A DNA stretch of 64,000 bases, from NCBI GenBank assembly GCA_951406725.2, contig OX597816.1, positions 92,690,001 to 92,754,000 on the forward strand, given 5' to 3'. Position 1 is the stretch's first letter. Every line of letters starts with the position of its first letter. A program made the translations under genes and the position numbers. This DNA is from Octopus vulgaris (lineage: Eukaryota). Positions 29,101 through 42,700 of this stretch are shown here, piece by piece. The notes beneath the pieces are model-generated. The model was not told the DNA's origin. It worked only from the letters and a program-made list of their open reading frames with translations, and did no database searches.

Positions 29101-30339
29101 GTGCATAGAAAGCAGCTAGACTGAAGACACCGAAAGAAACTTAATATTGACAAAATTATTTCAGCTGGTGCTGTCCCATGGTTGTAAATATACACCGCTA
29201 TCATAATCTAAAGTTCTTTCAAATGCGTATATAATTTTAGTTCTTGCATGGTTCGCTAACGTACAAATCAGTAGATGTTTTATTTAGAAATTTTTAGATA
29301 GATATAAGCAATTTTAGCTTAGCAGAAAATATTCAGGTTATTGATTTGACGAGAGCACCAGGTCAGTTTGAAGAATCTTGTTTGGCGAGACACTGGCATT
29401 CAGAATGTCATTCTTATTTGTTAAGAAACAAGCGTCTTTGAGCAGTTTCTATATGACAAAATATTACTACTACTGCTGTTGTGTGTTTGTATATACATTA
29501 TAGATGAAAATCACGACGGTGTTTTAACAACAACAACGACGACGACGACGACGACAACAACAACAGCAACAATAATAAAGTTACTGAAATCAGCAAATTA
29601 ATTTTCTTTCGCCCTTGTGCTTCGTATTTCTACTTTCTAACTTGAAATTACACCAGTGTTGACTTTTGTCTTCCATTATTAATAAGTCGATAAATTAAAT
29701 ATAAGCAATGCACTGGAGTAAATTCAATTTAGTATATATAGAAATATGTCGTCTACCGCTAATGACAGAAATCATTATTGGAAAGTATGATACAAGTAAA
29801 CGGATGCGTTTCTACAATAAAATTACTTGTAATCAATTTCTCAGATTTCGTCTGCATCATTTGATCTGTGAAAACTGAAATGTCTTAGACATGAAGACAG
29901 ATGCGTGTCAGTTTTGCTGATTTCCTGACATACTATCGAGTTAGCCAGTCAGCCAGCCATTTTGTGTTCAGTTTGAAATACTGCAACAAAATTTCAGAGA
30001 AAGTGTTGAAAACGTTTCCAGCAGATATTTGAAAACGAATTGAAGAAAAAATGGCTACTATGAGAGATTGAAATTATTATTGCCATTGTTGCCTTTAAAA
30101 CTCACGTCAGCTCTGAACAATGATATATATGATCAAAGACATTCCAGGCATGGCCAGCGTACTCATTCTCCAAGCATCGGTTATCTCGGAGACATTATCC
30201 TATATGTATTTTCGTTTTTATGTTAGAGAGTGATTAAATATAGTTTAAGAAAATTTTACTGACAAATCAAATGACAAGGCAGAGGTTTACTTGTTGGTTC
30301 GGCAATGCAACAGTTGCATAACTAAATAGCGAAGTATAC

Positions 30340-30700
30340 ATTGTGTTAACTTTGATGAGGTGAAAACGGCGTAATACTCACAGAAAATATAAAGGATTCT
30401 ATAAAAACATATTTTTTGGCCAATGATTGCAGAGCTTCTCGTTTGAGATTTTGAGAAATTGACAAGACTTCAAATCATGTCATTTATTAGATCGTTATAG
30501 AATGTTTATGTATCCAACAACTGTATATTTCTAAATGATTAGAGTACAACTGTTCTTTTTGGTTACCCACAATTGTTTCATGATAAATATTTCGCAAGTC
30601 ATGAAATCATTGCCTACAGTTTGATAGACCTTCTTATAAAAGATCAATAGATATATGCCAATTTTGAATGTTTTATATTTCATTAAAGGGCATCTTTTCT
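30340..30700 (+). pseudogene. Decayed protocadherin EC3-like fragment
   Basis: 30359 GENGVILTENIKDSIKTYFLAN...IY*IVIEC resembles D.G.NG.I.Y......YF.LN...YKL.VEA; weaker cadherin-like traces at 29130-30080. Confidence 0.55.
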
Positions 30701-31299
30701 TATCATTTGAGTATAGAGGGTGAACAAGATGTGTGTTCTTGATATACGTTGCCACTGGCTTGATAATTTTTATCTCATTTGAAAGTCATGTATTAACATG
30801 AATATTATTTTGAGATCGTTTGAGAAAACGTTACACAATCTGTGTATAGTAAGAGTTTACGGTCATTAGAACCTTAATATAATGGTGTGAATGGTTTAAT
30901 GAGCACCATGTTGTCCTTGTTACTTCTATTGAAACATAGATCCCTTTTTACAATGTTAGGCAATAGTTTTTACGTAAGAATGATGATGTAGCGGAACTAG
31001 TGAGGGTAGCAGTTAAAGTCTTAAAGTGTTTGTTCCCCTCCCCCCCCACATAAAACTGAATATCAATAGAGATATTCTTTTCATCTCTTCGCGATCGTTA
31101 AACTTTTTCTTAGTAATTCACTGGATTTAGTTAAAATCACTATAAACAATGGTTGGTAATGAGACTTTTATGAAGCCTCAGATCAGAATAAAAAAAGCTC
31201 AGACTCAAACAGAAAGCATCATAATATAAAGATATCGAGTTTCAAAAGAAATATAGCTCTGCGTAATTTATTTTACGTAGAGAACACAATAATTACACT

Positions 31300-31600
31300 T
31301 CTTCAGTTCCTTTTGAAAGGGCATAGATTAACTCTTTTCGAGGTTCCCGCATAGCACATTCTAAAGTATTTCTAATAATAGATTGATTTGTAAGTAATCT
31401 ATCTTTTATGGTCTTTGCTTTTAAATAATTAGTGTTTCTTGTTTTGACAAAGATCATTGCAAAGAATATTCTTTGAAACCATACTGAAAACTGTTGCATG
31501 ATATTTAGATTAGTCATAAAAATTAAATAAATGTATATACGTGTTTCTTTTAACTTATACGCCTGAAGTTAAACAGTAACTTCTCTATTGATTATTAAGA
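31300..31600 (+). pseudogene. Decayed protocadherin EC1 fragment
   Basis: RGSRIAH; 31438 LVLTKIIAKNIL*NHTENCCMIFRLVIK (TGA at the conserved Cys position). Confidence 0.55.
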
Positions 31601-32269
31601 CCTTTAGATTATTTTCTGACACAATGGATGGAAAATGAATTGCTCGTGGCATGACAAACGTACATACAGTGGGCTCATAAGCGATCTTTGGGCATGATAT
31701 CTTAAATTTAGCTATAATCTCTCTTCACTGAAACGAAACTCTGTTGTCTGAATACTGAGTTCCATTAAGAAATTCAGATTATAAATCTTAACTCTTCACT
31801 ATTTGTGATCTTGCCTTTCTTCCAAGATAAACATCATTAATATTTTTAGTAAATAGTTTCATTTCTTGAATCAATTACTTGTAATACAATAATCTTCAGT
31901 AATTCTTTTTTAATAAAGAAACAAAGGAGGTTCTGTATTCTGTATTAAATATAACGTAAGCTGAAATGCTCTGATCGAAGTTCAACTTCCAGTAAATTCA
32001 CCGAAAGAATAGTAGCCTGTGTTTGATTCTCTGATTGATGATCACTTTATACATTTCCATGGCGTCATCAGCTTTGTTGATTTTCGATTCACTTTAGAAA
32101 TAAAGAAGTAAAGGCATCAAGATGTTTTAATATCATTGTAGAAGCTGTTTCCCGTGAAAGTCATGTTTTGTGTAAGTTTAAGTATTTTGTAGCAAGTTGT
32201 CACAGAAATTTCCAGAGCCAGTGTTAATTCTCTTTAAATCGTTTCCAAAACACTTGAACATGAGTGATA

Positions 32270-32820
32270 TATGCTGATAGTATGACTAATACAAAGAACA
32301 AAGGAAAATATACTTACCTTAATAAAAACAGGAAAATTTTCTTTCAATAATTTCTAGAGACCAGTTTATCGTCCTGTGTGGAAGAAGAATTATTGTTTGC
32401 GAATCCATTTTTCTAGAGGAATATTTCTTTTACGCAAGGTAAATTTGACAGCAATGTAAACTCCAATAACTCTTCTATTTTTGGCAGCAACAGTATCTAA
32501 CATTGTATGTACAGTCTACGATATCATGTTTATTCAAATCAAAATATCTAACAACTATATCCAAAATTTTGCTAACTTAAATGTCTCTACCTTCATAAAT
32601 TGTGACAGAAAATTTTATGCATTACAGATATCCGTTATTACTATCTCTCATGAAAGTCTATTTTTAACCTGAATAACATACGAAAGTTTCATTCTATCCA
32701 TTCATAACTTTTCAGCAATCTTACTGTCCGGAAATGCTCGCATACATATCGTTTGCATTGAAAATGTTATATTCTACAAACGATCCAACAATAAGCAATT
32801 CACATTTGGCTGTTTGTTCA
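32270..32820 (+). pseudogene. Two abutting decayed protocadherin EC1 fragments
   Basis: IKTGKF...LCG/NYCLRI...KVNLTAM/NSNNSSIF, immediately followed by VCTVYDIMFIQIKISNNYIQNFA resembling CVDITY.V...TYIGDIA. Confidence 0.52.
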
Positions 32821-33414
32821 CTCCGTTGACTCTTTCGACTATAAATTGAGAAATATCTACACAAGATTTAGCCACATTAAATCATTTCTTTTATTTGACT
32901 GAAGTTTTGCTTCATTTGTATGGATTTATTTATTTGCACATCTCAGGGTAATGGTGCAAAGTTTACAGTAGCTAACTTCTTTATTATTTTTATCTCCCTG
33001 AATCCAATCCTTAAAGTCAGGATTTTACAGTCATTCAACCATGAATTACTTTGAACTTATAATCTAAGAGCTTTAACCCAATACCATATTCCCTCTAACA
33101 ATTTGTCTCTATATACCCATGTAAGAAAATATTTGATACTATATTGAACGGGTGTGGAAGCAGATTCCTAGTAATTTCCCTATTTTTTTATATAAAAGTA
33201 AAACAATCAAAAATCCTTCCACCAAAATAATATTTTTCCGTGTAATGAATTTATATCTGTTTTTCTCGATATATCATTTGTTTTCTGAAGTGCTATTGTG
33301 TGTTAAGCATTGCATTCAGTTATAGGTTTTTAAAGGCACTTTTGAAGTGATCGTTCAGTTTTTAATAATGGTAGTTTCATAACATACACATACGCACACA
33401 CGCTCACACACATT

Positions 33415-33580
33415 GTGTGGTAAGAGGCTTGCCTCCCAACCACATGGTTCCGAGTTCAGGCCCACTATGTGGCACCTTGAACAAAGTGTCTTCTATATAG
33501 GCTCGGGCTGACCAAACCTTGTGAGTGGATATGGTAGACGGAAACTAAAAGAAGCTCGTCGTATGTATATACACACAAAC

Positions 33581-33630
<50 letters not shown>

Positions 33631-33900
33631 GTGCACAAAGATACACACACACTCTCTCTCTCTCTCTCACACATACACACACACACATATATATATATTT
33701 ATATATATATGTAGTAGGTATGTATATATATATCTATGTGTGCGTGTCTTTGCGTCTGTGTTTGTGCCCCCAACAGCGCTTGACAACCAGTGCTGGTATA
33801 TTTATGTTCCCGTAACTTAGCAGTTCGGCTAAAAAACCCTTCAAGGTTGTGTTCCTCATGACCGCAGTCAAATGACTGACACAAGTAAAAAATGTAAATG
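33415..33900 (+). mobile_element. tRNA-derived SINE with internal microsatellite
   Basis: TGTGGTAAGAGGCTTGCCTCCCAACCACATGGTTCCGAGTTCAGGCCC head; same family as the minus copy at 62215-62557. Confidence 0.85.
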
Positions 33901-33959
33901 AATAATATAGCAACAACAACTCTTCCTTTACCTAGCATCAGGAGTATTCAAGTCCATTG

Positions 33960-34500
33960 TTTTCCGGATAGCAAGTGGAATTTGCTTAAACAACTCTACT
34001 GAGAATCGAAACGTGGCAGAAGTTCAGAGCAGCACATGTTTCATGATTCTTTGAAACTAAACTGTCATACACGTGTTTCTTAAATGTATTAAGCGTCTGT
34101 CTTCGGAGTGACCGCTGGGTAGTTACCTTGCCTCCCTAGTAATAAGGCAAATATGTGTTTTCAATCCGCTTTGTCCTGTTATGCAATTTAACATTTCCTC
34201 TTTGTATTCAATATATCCAACATCCTTCTTTAATAACTATACTTATCAATAGCCATCTCAACTCACAAAAGAGACAGCAAGATAAAAAATATATACATAA
34301 TGATAACAGCGTTTTAAATAATTAGATACACTAACAGGCGAAGTTAACAATGGAAGTACTACATTGGATTGCTGACCCATTCTCCGATCTCATAACTACG
34401 CTAAATCAGGCTAAGAGTCGGTCAATTATTTTTAGATTTTGAAACTCAAGAATAAACTCCAGTAATTTTTCCCAACCTTATCGACAACTTGATAAGTTGC
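33960..34500 (+). pseudogene. Decayed protocadherin EC1-EC2 fragment
   Basis: ASGICLNN...STCFMIL...VFLKCIK; LDTLTGE; INSSNFSQPYR. Confidence 0.42.
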
Positions 34501-35009
34501 CATTACTCTTCTTATGCTTTCTCTGACTCTAAATAAAGTGAATCTATTTTTATCATCGACTAAGAAATGGTAAAATTAATGTAGAAAACACTGGTAGGAA
34601 TAAAGATTTTAGACAATTTTATTTTCTCATTTTGTTCTATTTCTACAATTCGCTTTTTATATTCAGTACATCGTAGAGCTCAGTGAATATGAAAACGAGC
34701 CAATACATTGAATGTTTGTGATTGCTAATAAATAAATTTTAAAGGACAGAAAGCTGGCAGAAACAGCGCATTACTGCCATGCAGTATTTTGGTTGCACCC
34801 TCAGTCTACTAAGTTCAAGTTCTCAACCTATCTGTACTTATCCCAGTTATGAAACCAACATATACAACGGCTTAATTCTAGCTTAAGCTTTTCCTTGAAA
34901 ACAAACATAAGAAAAATCAACTAGATATTTAACAACTCTAAGTTATTCGAATAAATGCCACTTTTATTCTATCTTTTTGCTGCAAGCATATGTAGCAAGC
35001 AGCAGCTCC

Positions 35010-35560
35010 TTCCCAGATGTCGGAGCAATACGCCATTGTGAATCCTAACCTGATATTTGCAGAGAGTATTTGCTGTCGGGCAGCAGGAAATATTTACTGG
35101 TTCTGCAGAAGAAGGCTAAACTTTCTGATTAGTTTTAGGTATGTTGAGGATGTGCGCATGTTAGGAGAGACCCTTTATAATTGTAATGTCTACAGTATGC
35201 AGTAGCTTGAAGATTTCGGTTGTGGCTTGTTAAATTTAATAGCCGGGATATTTTGTTGTTTTTGATATGGTGATTCTGTGCTGTTGAAGAATGAACTGTT
35301 TAAAAATGAACATTTTAAAGAATATTTTCGGTGGCTTTGTAAACAGAATAAATGAATTGCAAATAGTCTTTAGACTGTATGTAGATGATGCTTGAGTACG
35401 AAACTTTAGTTGGAATGCAGAACCTTATCATCTACATAGGCATGAACACAGTCAGAAATAAAGGTATGTAGTTTAATGTAGCGTATAGTAGATTTATGTC
35501 ACGATAGAATGTGTGCAATAGATGGATTACAGAATACATCTTGTTCTTTTGGATTCATAA
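35010..35560 (+). pseudogene. Decayed protocadherin EC1-EC2 fragment
   Basis: ORF 35017 IVNPNLIFAESICC...RRRLNFLISFRYVEDV resembles TLDAESLC...RKK.SFI...IEDV; NELQIVFRLYVD resembles EC2. Confidence 0.65.
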
Positions 35561-35870
35561 TTTTTGATATATACAGACATTTCTTCATATTCTCTTCGCT
35601 GCTATTGAGAGAGTAAAATTTTGTAGTTTACTTCGTTACAAATTATTGCAAGAGAAATTTGAAATTTCAGTACTATTAATGTTCTAATATTTGAACTTAG
35701 GAATAGAAATATATGTGGAAACTGGAATACCTGAAACGATCAGAGAAGTAGCAAACAGTAACATTATTCAGAATGGAAAATGATTAATGCTTCTTGTGTA
35801 AGATTTGTTACTTATTGCATTATTTACATTATTTACATTTGACGGATATTTGTTCTCATCTTGTTTGTTA

Positions 35871-35914
35871 ACACAACGTTTCGGCTGATATACGTTCCAG
35901 CCTTCATCAGGTGT
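35871..35914 (-). ncRNA. Minimal hammerhead ribozyme
   Basis: ACAC-CTGATGA-A-GGCTG-(10 nt)-CAGCC-GAAAC-GTT-GTGT on the minus strand. Confidence 0.82.
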
Positions 35915-35962
35915 CTTGGGGAAATTTCAAACCTGGGTTCTCATTCTTAAGGTATTTTTCGA

Positions 35963-36024
<62 letters not shown>

Positions 36025-36110
36025 TCACTGCTTGGAACTGAACTCGGAATCTTGGGGTTAGTAGCCCGTGCCCATAACCCTATGATTCCGACTTCGATTC
36101 CGAGCAGTGA

Positions 36111-36176
<66 letters not shown>

Positions 36177-36224
36177 CATCGAAATATCTTAGGAATGAGA
36201 ACCCAGGTTCGAAATTTCCCCAAG

Positions 36225-36268
36225 ACACCTGATGAAGGCTGGCGGGTATATCAGTCGAAACGTTGTGT
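36225..36268 (+). ncRNA. Minimal hammerhead ribozyme
   Basis: ACAC-CTGATGA-A-GGCTG-(10 nt)-CAGTC-GAAAC-GTT-GTGT. Confidence 0.8.
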
Positions 36269-37499
36269 TAACAACAAACAAGAGGTCAAATATCCGTCAA
36301 ATGTAAATAATGTAAATAATGTACATAATTGCTCATCTCTTAAATATAGAACTGTATTGTTACTTATTAGTCAAGGGATTATAATTACGTGTAATCTTGT
36401 CATGGTCATATACATACGTACATACACGTAAATATACATGCATACATATATACATACATAAATATGTGTCCATGCGTGTCTATGTGAGTGTGGTGGGGTA
36501 AAGCAAACAGAAAAAGCAACTGCGTGAGTGACAGAACTGCAGCTATCCCCGCCTATGATAAACCTTCCGTGTGCAGTCAAAATGAGGCAACTACAGAATC
36601 ATCGGGATTTTATTGTGCCAGATATGTATGTTATTCTGATTACCGCAAGAAAAGAAGTTCTAGTCTTGATCTGTACCAGGTTCACATAAGAGTAAGAGTG
36701 ATCTGCGCCGGTCGACTAGCTTCATTGTCATATTGTTGACGTCTTATTATTTAGCAGTTTCAAGATAGGACAAGGCGAGCCAAGGCGGGGGAAAGCAGGT
36801 CAAAGCTAGCCAAAGCGGCTCAGTGCAAGACAAGGCGACTAGAGAGGTATCAGGAATGGAATAGTCACTTAGAACAATCTTTACGCTACACCATAAACTG
36901 AGTTATGCATTCCATAGTGACATTGTCCGCATGCAGACAGCTCGTTTACTTGCTTCAGTCACTACATAGGTGAAAGATGGTTATCAGATGGGAAGTAGTG
37001 GCACATGAGATGCCCTGAAAAGAAACTGACGAAACCCGGGATATGGGCACTATGCATCTCTGATATTTCATATTCTCAAACGATGGAGCTTGTATGTGGT
37101 CTTTTGAGCTGTTGAAAATAGTAATAAAATTCCCACTATTCCCGTTTTACTAAACCTATTCTAAACAAAATGATGACTAAGATTACTTTGGATAATATCA
37201 GATATACATTTGATCGTTGATAGGTCTACTAGTAGACCAGGGTTTATCTGAAACTAAATAAGGACAACATCTAAGTAATATGAGATCAATCTGATCAATG
37301 GAGTATTAGAAACTGTTGACTGCTGCTTTTAGTATACCTCTGGTGCCAACATTGCTTTTCTTCTGGGGCTGGTAGAATAAATTCCGATACTGTATTTTCG
37401 TTGATTCAATCTACCAACAACAAGGTAACTTTATGTCAATGTAAAAACCAATTATAGGATCAGTTGTATTAATTTAGTAGTAAATATAAAGAAAATATA

Positions 37500-37700
37500 T
37501 GTTTAGCGTTTGTGAATGAGCCTAGATTCTTCGAATTCGAAGAGTAAGAAAATACGATCTTTAATTCGTTTTGATAGAGCAATTGTTTTGAAAAAAATTT
37601 CCGAAGTTATAGATCATGTAAAGAATACCTCGTACAGAGAATTCTAAAACAAATTCCTTTTCCGTTAGAAGAAAAAGCTAATAGGAATATATTCCAGTAT
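37500..37700 (+). pseudogene. Decayed cadherin-repeat fragment
   Basis: KIRSLIRFDRAIVLKKISEVIDHV resembles I.T...FDRE...F.V...D.G. Confidence 0.35.
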
Positions 37701-38439
37701 CATCACAGAAGTTTCTAACGAAGATAAATGGGTCTTCAGAACGTAGCATCTTAAAAAAGAAAGCAACAAACTGGACCATTGACCTCTGAAGGAAATTGTT
37801 TCATTCTTCTAATATTGGGTGTGTTTTATGCATATGTATATATATAGATAGATCTTCAGTCAAGTGGCTATTTAAAGCTTCTACATCCGGATCAATTTCC
37901 TTACCGCTGCATGTTCTAACCTTTCTTCCATTTCCCATCATCCAAAAAGTTATCTTTTAGGCTCGCACTTGTACAGAACTGCAGCAAAAACTGAATGTTA
38001 GTAACAGCTTGCTATTAATAAGTGTCACTACCAATCTCAGTGATTTATCTATACACTTCTCTGGAGATAAATAGATCTTCTGATAATTTCCTACAGTAGA
38101 GAGTGGCAATGGTGTATACAAACAGACGCATACGTTTATAAAAACACTTGTCAACACATACGCATACACGCACACATAATACAAATATGCACACATATAT
38201 GCACACACATACGAAATGAATGATAAGGTATATCTTCAGTCTCATTTAATTTAACAGGCTTAACAGATAGGTTTTTAATGGCATTTTATATACATTATTC
38301 AGTATAGATCGATAAACATGGTTTATGGATTGCATTTAATATTCCATTCAACTAACTATATTTAACTTTATGTTGCTCAACGTTCGTCTATTTTATTAAA
38401 CTCCATTATACTATACTGTTGTAATCTACAATCATTTCT

Positions 38440-38600
38440 AGTCTTGAATAGAAGGTTTAATCCTAGATAGTGAGAATTTGTATTGGAACAAATACAAAAT
38501 TTCCGAAAAGCCAAGACTGTGAGTTAAACTCAGTCATCAGTTGGGAACGTTGAATATATTTACTATGTTAATACTTAATTAATTTTAATTCTAGCTTCCC
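38440..38600 (+). pseudogene. Decayed protocadherin EC1 fragment
   Basis: GLILDSENLYWN...VKLSHQLGTLNIFTM resembles TLDAE.LC...IL.I. Confidence 0.42.
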
Positions 38601-38874
38601 GAAAATAGACATGCAAATAAGAAAAAACAGGCCAGTTGAATCTGCGTTATACTTTCCTTCCAAACGGAAAGCCATCTCATTTGAGTTATGTCATTAATAA
38701 CCAAGAGAAAGATATGATCACAACATAATTCATTCCCCATCATTTAAAATGTATGAATCTTTGTTTAGTTTAATGGAAACCAGCATTTGCAAATCATAGC
38801 AGAAACCAAAGTAATTAAGTAATATCCTGAGGTATCAGATATCAACATTTATACCAACATATTCACACCTACAA

Positions 38875-39250
<376 letters not shown>

Positions 39251-39359
39251 CTTACACACAAAATAGCGTAGTCAGCTGTAAGCAATGTAAAACCATACAT
39301 ACATAAGAACATGTAAACATGTATATGTATAAACTTTTACCGATTGTAGGCCTGCAGCA

Positions 39360-40270
39360 TAATACAGATTAGAGTGGAGGGTTTTGGCAAATACATACAC
39401 GTGTTGTGCTCTTTGCATACAGTCAGTCAGGTTCTTGTTTCCAGCTCACTCTTTGATATCGTCGATCTACAAACGTCTTTTACAACCTCTCGCTTTTTCC
39501 CCTTAACACTTCTCAAGTTTTGGCCAGTGATTCGTGTTGTATTGTATGCTCATATATTTGCGCTATGTGTCCTTCCATTTCCATCTTTTCTAGCTCTGCA
39601 GTATTTGTTACACTATCCATCTACCTTATTCTGCACAATCTGCAAAAGATTCACATCTGAAAGGCTTATAACATCTCCATTGCTGTATACATTGTTTAAG
39701 CTTCTGCCTCTTAGAGGACAATTGGCACAATGCATAAGATTACTAGCCCCAATTTTACATGCAGTTATGTCTTTTGAAGTGAAGGTCTTTCATTGTTTTT
39801 GCCTTAGTTCTTATTTGAGTACCTACCTGATCTATTATTTGTTGCTAAATACTTAACGTATTTTTTTACATATCCAAACTTCTTTGCATCTGTCTTAAAA
39901 TTAGCTTCTTTTTTCTTTTCTTACTGTCAACTATTGTCTTTGATATTTCAGTATTCATAAAGACGGTGAGATGGCAGACTCGTTACTGTGCCAGGAAAAA
40001 TGCTTAGCGGCATTTCTTCCGACTTTACATGCCATTAACTATCAGTCCTTTGATTACATTTGACTCACGAAATATATACCCAGTATAGATATTAAATAGG
40101 TACAGTGATAACACACATCTTTGTTTTACATTCCGTTTTATCCCTGCTACTTATAACAATTCCTGTTCTATTTTATAGATTTTGAATAGGTACGGCGATA
40201 ACACACATCCCTTGTCTGACATCTTGTTTGATCTCTACTAGTTCTAACAATTCATGTTCTATTGTGATAG
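39360..40270 (-). mobile_element. RTE-clade LINE 3' remnant with 90-bp internal tandem duplication
   Basis: DVRQG/CVLSPYLFKIY RT motif duplicated at 40084-40173 and 40174-40263; downstream KFGYV, MEM..Y, KMEMEGHIA, and GKK.RG..K..F.DDI remnants. Confidence 0.75.
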
Positions 40271-40299
40271 TTGTCTGTATAATTCATTATAACTTATAT

Positions 40300-40830
40300 T
40301 TCGGGTGAAGGTTTCATTTACTTTCATCTGTCGTCGATGTGGTGGCCATGTCTCATACAAGGCTAACAAGGAATTGATAAACTAAGGATCGTAGATGTAA
40401 AGCATGGTGGATAATTTTAAGTCACGGTTTAACAAGACTCATTTATCCAGTGTCTCACACGTAACCGAATCCTTTTCAATGTTCAAGATGATCTCAGAAT
40501 ATAGGAATCAACCGGTGGTGACGTATCAACTGCAATTCACAACAGAATCCACTACGTCTGATCCCTTGAATATGTCCATTTAATTCAAAATAAATATCTC
40601 CTGGAATGAATGTGAATATCCATTTTGTTTCTTGTAAATCCAAAAGTAGTACACTTACCGCAGAAGAGATCCAATATTTTGAAATATTTTACACCAAGTG
40701 AACCAGAAAGTCAGAATTACCTGCGTACAATAAACTGCGGATCAGAGTTATAAATGTTTCCGATAAAGCTTTAAAACGATTTAAAATAAAGTCTACTCGT
40801 GCAATTTCAGAAGGTCAATCATGCCTGCAA
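40300..40830 (-). pseudogene. Decayed protocadherin EC1 fragment, inverted
   Basis: Minus strand GDIYFELNG, IAVDTS (40536-40519), VTCETLDK*VL (from 40465), FINSL resemble DITY / IAADT / T.QTLDAE.L / FIKIL. Confidence 0.58.
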
Positions 40831-41789
40831 AGCATATGGAGATTAAATTTCTTGACGCCTTACTCCACAAAGATCGGTTCGAGCAGGCTAGGTCCTTAAG
40901 TAGAAGTGATTTGGGGATTTAAGGATAAAATTTTCCTCTGTCAAATCATGTAAACCTACAGTATTTTTATATCTTTTAAGTCTAGATAGCTTCAGAACAA
41001 TTGAATTACTCAAAAGTACTTTTTATGTTTATTTAACTTGCGCATCTATTTGCTTATTCATACAAAATACATATGGGGTCGGTTGGTGTGTGTGTTGGCG
41101 TCTCTACCCTTCCACCGTTACCTGTTATCTATTATCGTTTCATCGCTACTTTCACGTGATTTCTTTCTCTTGCCCTCCTTCATATGCCGCATGTCGCCTT
41201 GACATGTTTTATATATATAAACTGACACTCTACATTAAAAAAACATTTTCCCTCACACGTTATGTATGTATGCGTACGCTCGTGTATTGTTTACACACTT
41301 CTTGTTCTATGTTTGTGCATCGTTATAGTTTTATATTCCCATAACGACATATCGTAAGACCGTAATCCCGCAGTCGAAATCAACTTATTTTTCACATAGA
41401 AATTTTATCTTATTTTTTTATCTGCCACCCCTGTTTGATTTGTAAACCGTTATACATATTTACGCGCCTACTCATACATGTGTATGCATATACTTCTGTG
41501 AAGTGTGTGGGCATGCGCCTGAATGGGTGCATGCGTGTGTATCTCTACATTAGTTTTCGTTTGTGTGTATATATCGTCTGCAATAATACTTCTCACTTTA
41601 CGGGTACCTTGCTAATCATGAAAGTTGTTATATCACTTTCGGTTTTAGCTACAACTGTTACTGGACACTGCAACATTTGTAGAAGTGCTTGGAGTATTGA
41701 TGGTAACACCATAATTCAATGAGTTGTAGGTGGTTTAGCTGATCGAACTACAGGAATATTCATCGCGGAAACCAAGGAGAAAATTCATT

Positions 41790-42110
41790 TATTGTTTCTT
41801 TGATGTAATATAGTGTTGAACATAATAAAACATTGCATATACTTATAGAAATTAGAGTGATAATAATCCAGTGAAGTGTCAAATTACGAGAAGGATATTG
41901 ACGCAAGAATTTTCTAAATAATAATAATAGTCAAGTGAATAATTCTCACAATCATTTTTTCTTCTGGTCTTTTTACAGCAACAATAAAAAACAAGAAATG
42001 CTGAAATTGTTTCTTTTGCTTCAGCTGGTTTGAGGTAAGCATTTAAAGTTTCGGTTCAGTTATCTAAACGTCCAAAATAAAGTTCGGGTCATTCCTTGAT
42101 TAATATATTC
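41790..42110 (-). pseudogene. Inverted paralogue of the 45370-45700 protocadherin fragment
   Basis: Nucleotide similarity in reverse complement, e.g. AAGCATTTAAAGTTTCGGTTCAGTTATCTAAAC vs GTTTAGGTAACTGAACCAAAACTTCAAATGCTT. Confidence 0.65.
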
Positions 42111-42409
42111 CGTTGTTTTTTATATCTTTTTTTTTTTTCTTTTTCTTTTTTCTTTTGGTCTTTCTTAGAACTTCAGCTTATAACATATTTTCGTCCAGAA
42201 AATAAAATAAAACACATATATACAAAAATATTAACATAGTTATAAGTATATATTTAAATATATAATATCAGTATATAACTATTCTACTGACTAACCATAA
42301 AATGTATATTTTAATGCTAAAATATTTAATCAATGGAAATGATTTTATAAATCTACCAGCATTCAGCAGAGTTACACATATGTACAGCTCTGACTACATT
42401 ATATATATA

Positions 42410-42700
42410 TAAAACATGGAAACACTTCATATTTGAAGGATATTGTGTTATCATGTGGTGCTGCATTAAATTCAAAACTTCTCAGGAATACTACTTGAAG
42501 AAATATCGTCTTCGATTGACTGACTTGCTCTATATACACTTCACAAATCTTAACGTGATGCCTGTACCACCCTATGAGTAATACACATGTATAAATACAC
42601 ATACACTTACGCGAAGAAACATTGACATTGTGGTAGTAAATCTTATTTTAAGAAACTAGTTCTGTATTATCTTGTATAATCTTTTTTTATGACAATAGCC
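42410..42700 (+). pseudogene. Decayed protocadherin EC1 fragment
   Basis: Single frame from 42415 HGNTSYLKDIV...VFD*LTCSIYTSQILT*CLY...LREETL, then DIVVVNLIL. Confidence 0.68.

Larger units (their letters stand above)
35817..36356. mobile_element. Fold-back non-autonomous element: tRNA-like head, (TAA)n and hammerhead tail in Penelope-type inverted arrangement
   Basis: Arms about 35818-36060 and 36075-36321 are reverse complements; about 35-nt unique 3' extension; 12-bp TSD TTGTTACTTATT at 35805-35816 and 36357-36368. Confidence 0.88.

Noticed and set aside
37010-37052. TGCC-CTGAAAA...GAAACCCGGG...GGGCA hammerhead-like motif
   Set aside because: G8 lost and stem II nearly absent; at best a dead relic
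39374-39856. 160-aa hydrophobic plus-strand ORF
   Set aside because: Antisense to the RTE LINE remnant
41979-42040. Apparent exon with ATG and GTAAGC donor (MLKLFLLLQLV*)
   Set aside because: In-frame stop before the donor, the signals are not conserved in the paralogous copy, and it lies antisense to a protocadherin fragment
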